64,000 bases of DNA from Vicinamibacteria bacterium. GTDB taxonomy: Bacteria; Acidobacteriota; Vicinamibacteria; Vicinamibacterales; JAENWD01. The stretch is taken from positions 167,182-231,181 of the forward strand of contig CAWDCH010000008.1 of assembly GCA_963800785.1 (NCBI GenBank), read 5' to 3'. Positions 56,453 through 64,000 of this stretch are shown piece after piece. How positions within the stretch are numbered: position 1 is the stretch's first letter; every line of letters starts with the position of its first letter. The notes under the pieces were generated by a model. It had not been told where the DNA came from, did no database searches, and was given only the letters and a program-made list of their open reading frames with translations. Both the position numbers and the translations under genes were made by a program.

Positions 56453-57475
56453 TCAGTCTGCGAGTACTTCTGCCATCCGGACCGCCCGGCGTTCAGTCAG
56501 CGATTTCAACGTCGCCTCGATCATCGCCGTCACCATCAGTCCGTCGCGGCCGTTCGCCTCGGGCGGCACATCGTCTCCGACGCAGTCGATGAAGTAGCGG
56601 ATCGACTCGTACTGGTAACCCCAGACCTTGCCGTAGCGCGTAATCGACGTCGACGAGAACGGCGTGTGGAACCGGTCGGTGAATGCCCACAATGTCGGCT
56701 CGTTCCTGATCTCGAGGCCGCCGCTCTCACCGTAGATCGAGAGCCTGTTGTCGACGACGTTGGTGAAGCTGTTGGGGACGATCCACGACGTCTCGAAGGT
56801 GCAGAACACGTTGCCCTCGAATTCGATCATCGTCTGGATCGCATCCCAGCACGTGATGCCCTTGCTGTCGAGCAGGCCTCGGCGGCCTTTCGCATAGACC
56901 TCGACCGGGTCTCGTTGAAAGAGCCACCGCACCACGTCCATGATGTGCGGGAAGAGGAACCATTCCGGGCCGGAATTGCCGCTCCACTTCAGCATCTCGG
57001 TCGGGACGTAAATCGTGTCGCTGAGCCGCCCATACGCCATCACCGGCTTTCCCAGCTCGCCTCGCTCGACATACGCCTTGGCGCTCATGAACAGCGGGTG
57101 CCAGCGCGCGTGGAAATCGACCATCAGCTTGAGGCCGCCGCGCTCCGCCGTGTCGACCATCGTGCGGCCATCTGCAACGGTCGTGGCCAGCGGCTTTTCC
57201 ACCAGTACGTGCTTGCCGGCCTCCAACATCAGGAGCGTGGGCTGCCGGTGCAGATGATCCGGCGTGGCAATCGTCACTGCCTCGACGTCGCTTTCGGCGA
57301 TCGCGTCGATGCTGGTGGTCCAGGCGCAGCCAAAGCGCTCGCCGAGCGCACGGGCACGCACCTCGTCGCGGTCGCAGACGATGACGACCGCCGCGCGTGG
57401 ATGGGTCGTGAGCGCGAGGGCGTGGTTGGTGCCCCAGATGCCGGCGCCGACGATCGCGGTTCTCACCGGCTTCAT
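56453..57475 (-). CDS. Gfo/Idh/MocA oxidoreductase
   Basis: VGAGIWG, ATPDHLH, GKHVLVEKP, HIMD. Confidence 0.92.
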   Translation of the reverse strand: MKPVRTAIVGAGIWGTNHALALTTHPRAAVVIVCDRDEVRARALGERFGCAWTTSIDAIAESDVEAVTIATPDHLHRQPTLLMLEAGKHVLVEKPLATTVADGRTMVDTAERGGLKLMVDFHARWHPLFMSAKAYVERGELGKPVMAYGRLSDTIYVPTEMLKWSGNSGPEWFLFPHIMDVVRWLFQRDPVEVYAKGRRGLLDSKGITCWDAIQTMIEFEGNVFCTFETSWIVPNSFTNVVDNRLSIYGESGGLEIRNEPTLWAFTDRFHTPFSSTSITRYGKVWGYQYESIRYFIDCVGDDVPPEANGRDGLMVTAMIEATLKSLTERRAVRMAEVLAD

Positions 57476-57563
57476 CGCCGCGCGACTATATCATCGGGTT
57501 GTGGCAGCGGGCCTTTAGGCGCCTTGTGGTGGCGGGCCTTCAGGCCCGCGACGAATTGAAGTC

Positions 57564-59090
57564 ATGCCTTCAACCAGCGGCCCACAGAAGGCCGGACGAA
57601 AAGAGTGGATTGGGCTTGGAGTGATCGCGCTGCCGTGCCTGCTGTATTCGATGGACTTGACGGTCCTGAACCTGGCGCTACCGTCCCTCAGCGCGGATCT
57701 CGCTCCGACCAGCGCGCAGCTCCTCTGGATCGTCGACATCTACGGTTTCCTGGTCGCTGGTTCGCTCATCACGATGGGCACGCTGGGCGATCGGATTGGC
57801 CGGCGCAAGGTGCTGTTGATCGGCGCGGCGGCATTTGGTGTCGGCTCAATCCTTGCCGCCTTCTCGACCACCGCCGGGATATTGATAGCCACGCGCGCGC
57901 TACTCGGCCTGGCAGGGGCGACGCTTGCGCCCTCGACGCTGTCGCTGATCCGCAACATGTTTCTGGATCCGCAGCAGCGCAGCGTTGCCATCGGTGTCTG
58001 GATCTCGAGCTACTCGGCCGGCGCCGCGATTGGTCCGCTTGTGGGCGGCATCTTGCTCGAGCGCTTCTGGTGGGGTTCGGTGTTCCTGATCAGTGTCCCC
58101 GTCATGGTGCTACTGCTTCTCGTCGGTCCAGTGCTCCTGCCGGAGTATCGCGACCCCAAGGCTGGTCGCATCGACCTCGTCAGCGCTGGCCTGTCGGTGG
58201 TATCCGTATTGCTCGTGATCTACGGCCTGAAGAGGATTGCGCAAGACGGGCTGTCCGTCACCGCCGCCATCGCCATCGTCACTGGCACCTTCGTCGGCCT
58301 CGCGTTCGTGCGCCGGCAGCAACGGTTGGAGGACCCGCTGATCGATTTGCGGCTGTTTCGCGCCCCGGCCTTCACCGCGGCGCTGACGGCTTACACACTG
58401 GCGACATTCGTCGCGTTTGGCATCTTCGTGTTCATCGGCCAATACCTGCAGCTGGTGCTCGGCTTGTCACCGCTGCATGCAGGCTTGTGGACCATGCCCT
58501 TCGGTGGCGCGTTCATCGCCGGGTCGATGCTGACGCCCGCGCTCGCGCGGCGCGTGCGACCGTCGTATGTGATCGCCGGCGGCCTGGTGGTTTCAGCCCT
58601 CGGATTCTGGATGCTGACGCTGGTCGACGCGCCATCGGGCCTGCCCGTCCTCGTCACCGCCTTCGTCGTCTACTCGCTCGGCCTCGCGCCGGTCTTCACG
58701 CTGACCACCGACCTCATTGTCGGCAGCGCGCCACCGGAGCGCGCGGGTGCGGCGTCGGCGATGTCGGAGACCGGCTCAGAATTCGGCGGCGCGCTTGGCG
58801 TCGCTATCCTCGGAAGCGTCGGCACGGCGGTATACCGGCATGCAATCGCCGATGGCCTGTCGCCGGCGATTCCAGCCGACTCCGCCGCCGCGGCGCGCGA
58901 TACCTTAGGCCGCGCGTTGGTCGTTGCATCCGAGTTGCCGCACGATGTTGGCGCACAATTGATCACTGTCGCGCGGTCGGCTTTTGGCGACGCGCTGCAG
59001 ATGATGGCGATCATCAGTGTCGCGGTCGTACTCGCCACCGCGCTCGTGACCGTCGTCATGCTGCGCGATGTGGGCGTTACGCGAACGTAG
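57564..59090 (+). CDS. MFS DHA2 efflux transporter (SmvA/QacA-like)
   Basis: DLTVLNLALP, LLWIVDIYG, LGDRIGRRK, PSTLSLIR, ERAGAAS. Confidence 0.93.
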   Translation: MPSTSGPQKAGRKEWIGLGVIALPCLLYSMDLTVLNLALPSLSADLAPTSAQLLWIVDIYGFLVAGSLITMGTLGDRIGRRKVLLIGAAAFGVGSILAAFSTTAGILIATRALLGLAGATLAPSTLSLIRNMFLDPQQRSVAIGVWISSYSAGAAIGPLVGGILLERFWWGSVFLISVPVMVLLLLVGPVLLPEYRDPKAGRIDLVSAGLSVVSVLLVIYGLKRIAQDGLSVTAAIAIVTGTFVGLAFVRRQQRLEDPLIDLRLFRAPAFTAALTAYTLATFVAFGIFVFIGQYLQLVLGLSPLHAGLWTMPFGGAFIAGSMLTPALARRVRPSYVIAGGLVVSALGFWMLTLVDAPSGLPVLVTAFVVYSLGLAPVFTLTTDLIVGSAPPERAGAASAMSETGSEFGGALGVAILGSVGTAVYRHAIADGLSPAIPADSAAAARDTLGRALVVASELPHDVGAQLITVARSAFGDALQMMAIISVAVVLATALVTVVMLRDVGVTRT

Positions 59091-59217
59091 GCCCGAGCTG
59101 CGTAGGTGGAGGCGGGGCTTCAGCCCCGCGGCAGTACTCTTGGCCACGGGAGGCCGACCTGAAAATTCTGATCCTCGCAGTGGACGCCTGTTAAGGCGAC
59201 CAAGGTAACGTCGCGTC

Positions 59218-60100
59218 ATGCCTGAACGAGTCACGTTCGGCCTGTTCGAGTTCGATCCCGCGTCAGGCGAGTTGAGGCGCAGCGGTCGACCGGTCGCGCT
59301 CCAGCCGCAGCCGGCGAAGATGTTGACGACGCTCGTCGCACGACCGGGCGAGATCGTTGATCGTGCGACGTTGCAGGCGGCCATCTGGGGTTCCGACACG
59401 AACGTGGACTTCGAGCGCGGCTTGAACTTCTGCGCTGCCCAGATCCGGGCCGCGCTCGGCGACTCTGCTGCGTCGCCACGCTACGTCGAGACCGTCCCCA
59501 AACGGGGCTACCGGTTCATAGCGCCGGTGAGATCGGAGACGGCGCAGGCTTCGGACTCCGGGCTACTAGGGCTCCGGGGTGCCTGCTGCGGGCTTCGGGA
59601 AGCGGGTGGCGGGGGTTGTCGCGGCAGCCGTTCTTGCCGCCGTGGCAGCAGTGGCGTGGACGGTTCATACCTCGCGCGCGGCTACGGAGCCGCCGCGGCT
59701 CGTCGTTGTCCCGTTCGACAACGAGACCGGCTCAGCAGAGTTCGATCGCCTATCGAAGAACCTGTCGGACATGGCCGTCGCCAGGCTCGCGATCCCGGAG
59801 CGGATCGAACGTCTGAAGGTGATCGGAAACGCGTCAGTGCGCTTCTCGTTCGTCCCGCGCGACCTGAAGGCGATAGGGGAGTCGCTCGACGCGCAGTACA
59901 TCCTGCTCGGTCAGGTCACGCGCGACGACCGCCGGATCCGGGTCATCGCACACCTGATTCGGTCGAGTGACCAGAGCCATCTCTGGGCAAACCCGTACGA
60001 TCGCGCGACGCTCGATCTGAACGGGCAATCGGAGCTCGCCGAGTCGATCGCCACGGCCGTGATCGATCGGATCTCGCGCGACCGACGTCCTCACTCGTGA
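59218..60100 (+). pseudogene. CadC-like winged-helix regulator with TM and TolB-N-like domain, frameshifted near 59560-59580
   Basis: FGLFEFD..LQPQP..ALGDSA..ETVPKRGYRF in frame 1; TM, VVPFDN and HLWANPYD in ORF 59579-60100. Confidence 0.82.
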
Positions 60101-60184
60101 CGGCAACTCAGCGCACTCGAGGCAGTTAGCGCCTCACCTGAATCTGGTTTGCGTCGGCCGATGGATTCGGGCAGCCTCACGCGC

Positions 60185-61003
60185 ATGTCCGACGTCACTC
60201 GCCGTTCGTTCCTGGGGCTGAGCGCTGTCTTGGGGTGGATCCCCAGCTCCGCCTTCTCGAGCTCTCGGGTGCTCGATTTCTCGAGTTCTGATTCGGAGGC
60301 CGCACCCGCTTCGCCCGCCTTTCCGTTTCAAGCCCGCGATCTCGTGCGCGAGGTGGTGGCCGCCTCGCACGGCAACCTGGCCCGCGTGAAGGAACTGGTT
60401 ACCGCACAACCGACGCTGGCGCGTGCCAGCTGGGACTGGGGGTTCGGCGACCACGAAGCCGCCATAGACGCCGCTTCGCATATGGGCAACCGCCCGATCG
60501 CGGAGTTTCTGATCGCGAACGGCGCACGCCCGACGATCTTCACGATGGCCATGCTCGGCCGGGGCGATGCGGTAAAAGCGATGGTCGAGGCGCTTCCCGG
60601 TGTGCAACGCACGCGCGGTCCGCACGGCATCACGCTGCTGGCGCACGCGAAGGCCGGCGGTACGTCGGCGGCGGAACTGGTGAAGTATCTCGAAGCGCTT
60701 GGCGATGCCGATCCGCGGTACGCGAATGTGCAATTATCAGAGGCAGAGCAGGCTCTGCTGACCGGTGCCTATGCGGTCGAGGGTCGATCGCTCTCGCTGC
60801 GCATAGGCAAGAACACGCGAGGCGACTTCTCGATCTCCGCGCCCGACGTGATGATCGATCGGCCTCTCTTTCATCAAGGCGCGTTCGTCTTCAATCCTGC
60901 CGGGGCGGAGACCGTGAAGATTCGCGTTGAGCTCGAGGGTGGGAAAGCCGTTTCGCTCGTCGTTGAGGATGGCGCTTCGATCGTGCGTGCCATTCGTACG
61001 TAG
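60185..61003 (+). CDS. Tat-exported hypothetical protein with ankyrin-like helices
   Basis: TRRSFL, ASHGNLARVKEL, WDWGFGD, AASHMG..IAEFL, GPHGITLLAHA. Confidence 0.78.
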   Translation: MSDVTRRSFLGLSAVLGWIPSSAFSSSRVLDFSSSDSEAAPASPAFPFQARDLVREVVAASHGNLARVKELVTAQPTLARASWDWGFGDHEAAIDAASHMGNRPIAEFLIANGARPTIFTMAMLGRGDAVKAMVEALPGVQRTRGPHGITLLAHAKAGGTSAAELVKYLEALGDADPRYANVQLSEAEQALLTGAYAVEGRSLSLRIGKNTRGDFSISAPDVMIDRPLFHQGAFVFNPAGAETVKIRVELEGGKAVSLVVEDGASIVRAIRT

Positions 61004-61079
61004 GCCCGAGCTTAGTCCCATTCGTACGTAGGCCCGAGCTTAGTCCCATTTGTACGTAGGCCCGAGCTTTAGCTCGGGC
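60992..61079 (+). repeat. Three tandem GTAGGCCCGAGC REP units (28-nt period)
   Basis: GTAG at 61000, 61028 and 61056; the last is a full palindrome. Confidence 0.88.
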
Positions 61080-61103
61080 ATCAAAGTAGGTAAGCGCAAC
61101 CCA

Positions 61104-62525
61104 TCAACCCGACGAGTGTGTCGCCTCTGCTTCGATCGGCAGGCTTGCCGTTTCCCACGCGCTGATGCCACCTGCAATCTCGCTGACCTTGTTGAACCCG
61201 TGCTGCTGCAGGATGCTGGCGGCGATTGACGATCGATAGCCGCCCGCGCAAAAGACGATGAGCGGCCGATCGGGTGGCAGCTCCGCGAGCCGCTCGCTGA
61301 GGTGATTGAGCGGCAGGCCGACGCTGTCCTTGATCCGCTTCTGTTTGCGCTCGCCGGGTCCGCGCACGTCGACGAGGACCGCCGCTTTGTCATCCGGCGC
61401 GCTTGCCGCCCGTTCCGATGCGACCTGCGCGCTCAGGCGCTCCGTCGATTTGGTGAGCTCCGGCCGTGACGCGAGGCTGTGGAGCCCGTCCGCGAGGTAG
61501 CCGACGACGTGATCGAAGCCGATGCGGCCGAGGCGTGTCGCCGCCTCGTGCTCGTGACCGGGGTCGGCGATGATCACGATGGGGTGCTCGTGGTTCAGCA
61601 CTGTCCCCGCCCACGTTGCGTACTGCCCGCGCAGGCCGATGTTGATGCTGCCGGCGAGATGGGCCGCGGCGAACTCCGCCGGGTCGCGCGTGTCGAGAAT
61701 CTGGGCGCCGACCTGCTGCAGCGCCAGCAGCTGGTCCAGCGTGAGCGGGTTGACGCGCTCGAGTGTCTCGTCGAGCGTCGGCCGCTCTTTACTGTTCAGC
61801 ACCGCGTCGTAGGTGAAATACGACGGGGCGTCAGGCTGATCGGCGGTGACGAGATCGATAAATGCCGCCTTGCTCATCGGCTGGAGCGCGTAATTCGATC
61901 GCCGCTGCTCGCCGATCGTCGAAGAGGTCTCCTTACTCAGGGCCTTGCCGCACAACGATCCTGCGCCGTGTGCCGGATACACTTGGGTGGAATCCGGCAG
62001 CGGCAGCAGCTTCTCCCGCAACGAGTCGTAAAGCAGCCCGCCCAGATCGCTCGCCGACCAACCCAGCGCCACGCGCAGGTCCGGCCGACCCACGTCGCCA
62101 ACGAACAACGTGTCGCCCGTCAGGACCGCCTGCGGCTCGGTCGCGCTGCGATCGACGTCGAAGACCAGCAGCGAGATCGACTCGGCGGTATGTCCCGGCG
62201 TTTCGAGCGCGCGCAGCTCGACGCGTCCGAGCGAGACGACGTCTCCGTCGTGGAGAGGCGTGAACTGATACTCCGCCTTGGCTTTCGCCCCGAGATAGAT
62301 CGTCGCGCCGGTCCGATCGCGGAGCTCGAGGTGTCCGGCGATGAAGTCGGCGTGGAAGTGGGTGAGGACGACGTGCGCGATTTTTAGATCGTGCTCGGCG
62401 GCAAACGCCAGGTACTGATCGATGTCGCGCTGCGGGTCAACGACCGCCGCGACGTGCGACTGCTCGTCGCCGACCAGATACGACGCGTGCGCCAGGCAAT
62501 TCAAATAGAACTGTTTGAGAATCAT
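61104..62525 (-). CDS. MBL-fold hydrolase with two rhodanese domains (persulfide dioxygenase-like)
   Basis: CLAHASY, THFHADF, TPGHT, TGDTLF..GRPDL, PAHGAGSLCG, CAGGYRS. Confidence 0.93.
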   Translation of the reverse strand: MILKQFYLNCLAHASYLVGDEQSHVAAVVDPQRDIDQYLAFAAEHDLKIAHVVLTHFHADFIAGHLELRDRTGATIYLGAKAKAEYQFTPLHDGDVVSLGRVELRALETPGHTAESISLLVFDVDRSATEPQAVLTGDTLFVGDVGRPDLRVALGWSASDLGGLLYDSLREKLLPLPDSTQVYPAHGAGSLCGKALSKETSSTIGEQRRSNYALQPMSKAAFIDLVTADQPDAPSYFTYDAVLNSKERPTLDETLERVNPLTLDQLLALQQVGAQILDTRDPAEFAAAHLAGSINIGLRGQYATWAGTVLNHEHPIVIIADPGHEHEAATRLGRIGFDHVVGYLADGLHSLASRPELTKSTERLSAQVASERAASAPDDKAAVLVDVRGPGERKQKRIKDSVGLPLNHLSERLAELPPDRPLIVFCAGGYRSSIAASILQQHGFNKVSEIAGGISAWETASLPIEAEATHSSG

Positions 62526-62626
62526 CGGCAGCCCGCACGCATCGGTACTCCGAATCTGCCTCGACAGGACACTCGCGCCCTCTTGCAGCGACAGGCGCCT
62601 GGATCGCAGCGCGTGCGCCCTATCCC

Positions 62627-63499
62627 TCAACAATCGACCCCCCTCGCATTGCCGGCTCGGAGCCTCAACGGAGCTGACGCTCGAAACCGCGCCTCCGTCC
62701 GTTCGCGTTTCAGACTGTCGCCGAGAGCGCGACTCCTACCCGGCCTGGCGGTGGAGAAAACCATGGCGGATGCCTACGGAGCTCGCGCTCGAAACGCTCG
62801 CTTCCTCCGGCGCGGTTTCAAACTGACGCGTATCGCGTCACTCCGATTCGGCCCCGAGGCGGCAACGCGACGGCGGGCCGCTGACCCGATCCGATCCGAT
62901 CAACCAGATCAACCCGATCCGACCTTCAACAATCGACCCGCCCGAAACCGCGCCTCCGTCCGTTCGCGTTTCAGACTGTCGCCGAGAGCGCGACTCCTAC
63001 CCGGCCTGGCGGTGGAGAAAACCATGGCGGATGCCTACGGAGCTCGCGCTCGAAACGCTCGCTTCCTCCGGCGCAGTTTCAAACTGACGCGTATCGCGTC
63101 ACTCCGATTCGGCCCCGAGCCGGCAACGCGACGGCGGGCCGCTGACCCGATCCGACCCGATCAACCTGATCAACCCGATCCGACCTTCAACAATCGACCC
63201 GCCCTCGCATTGCCGGCTCGGAGCCTCAACGGAGCTGACGCTCGAAACCGCGCCTCCGTCCGTTCGCGTTTCAGACTGTCGCCGAGAGCGCGACTCCTAC
63301 CCGGCCTGGCGGTGGAGAAAACCATGGCGGATGCCTACGGAGCTCGCGCTCGAAACGCTCGCTTCCTCCGGCGCGGTTTCAAACTGACGCGTATCGCGTC
63401 ACTCCGATTCGGCCCCGAGCCGGCAACACGACGGCGGGCCGCTGACCCGATCTGACCTGACCGACCCGATCCGACCTGATCGACCATGATCTGACCGGG
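62627..63499 (-). repeat. Triple tandem array of a ~245-nt rod-like foldback with GATCC/GACCC linkers
   Basis: CGAAACCGCGCC at 62682, 62943 and 63243; nested inverted arms in each unit. Confidence 0.92.
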
Positions 63500-64000
63500 T
63501 CAGACCACGCGAATCGGGACCGCCTGGATCGAGTTGTTGCCGTACCCGAGCCGATTCCACTCGGCCTGCTCCGGCTGCGTGCGCCCCGCCATGTCCGTCG
63601 CCCGCGCCCGCAAGGTGGTCAGCCCCGGCGCGTCCAGGTGCGCGACCAGCTCCCACCATTGCCAGCCATGTCGCCGCCGCTCGCCCACCAGCCGCGCATC
63701 GCGCCAGTCGCCATCGCCGACGCTGACTTCCACGCTCGCGATTGGCGCCGCCCCTGACCAGGCGACGCCGCGAATAACCGCGTCGCCGTTGGGCACTTGC
63801 GCATCCGGTCCCGGCTCCGCGATCAGCGCGCGCACCCGCTGCACCGCAACCGGCTCGCGGACGATTTTTCCGTCGCGCATCCACTCGTACCAATACTTGT
63901 CGGTTTGATAGTGGCCCTCGAACGTGTGGTCCAGCACCTCGATCTCGGTGAGCCACTTGACGGACGCGACGGCATACCAGCCGGAGACGATGAGGCGCAG
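63500..64000 (-). CDS. Sulfite oxidase family molybdoenzyme, C-terminal part (truncated by the window edge)
   Basis: LRLIVSGWYAVASVKWL, GVAWSG, VEVS, ARATD..GRTQP, WNRLGYGNN. Confidence 0.9.
   Translation of the reverse strand: MRLIVSGWYAVASVKWLTEIEVLDHTFEGHYQTDKYWYEWMRDGKIVREPVAVQRVRALIAEPGPDAQVPNGDAVIRGVAWSGAAPIASVEVSVGDGDWRDARLVGERRRHGWQWWELVAHLDAPGLTTLRARATDMAGRTQPEQAEWNRLGYGNNSIQAVPIRVV

Noticed and set aside
62670..62690. Hammerhead ribozyme core (CTGACGC..GAAAC) suggesting a retrozyme or viroid-like element
   Set aside because: The core needs CUGANGA plus stem II; neither is present
62391..63455. 354-aa plus-strand ORF through the foldback array
   Set aside because: Periods of 261 and 300 nt keep the frame open, but the product is Arg/Ala-rich, has no clear start and overlaps the MBL gene antisense; probably not coding

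Overview
A GC-rich chromosomal window of about 52 genes. The gene content suggests Acidobacteriota, probably Vicinamibacterales (inference from three ADOP/MacB-type permeases, two with PadR partners, and many secreted hydrolases). It holds a peptidase cluster (tricorn S41, M16, M28, M48), carbohydrate enzymes (GalM, GH172, GH78, ROK kinase), NHEJ genes (Ku plus split LigD ligase and polymerase), stress genes, a CHASE3 hybrid kinase, MFS transporters and sulfur enzymes. I saw no rRNA, tRNA, CRISPR array, integrase or transposase. Main findings: (1) a hidden thioredoxin-like lipoprotein at 11012-11566 (-), split by an in-frame TGA in a U-x-x-C motif with a SECIS-like hairpin downstream, so probably an unannotated selenoprotein; (2) sigma-54-type -24/-12 motifs upstream of Ku, a ferritin-like gene and other genes, four of them exactly 14 nt from the ATG; (3) a triple tandem array of a ~245-nt rod-like foldback whose mismatches are mostly G.U-compatible only on the minus strand; (4) inverted arrays of ~145-nt repeats enclosing one gene; (5) GTAG-type REPs that supply stop codons, with one inserted in frame in a permease; (6) a shared doubled palindrome upstream of both padR genes. 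All calls were made by eye, without database searches.
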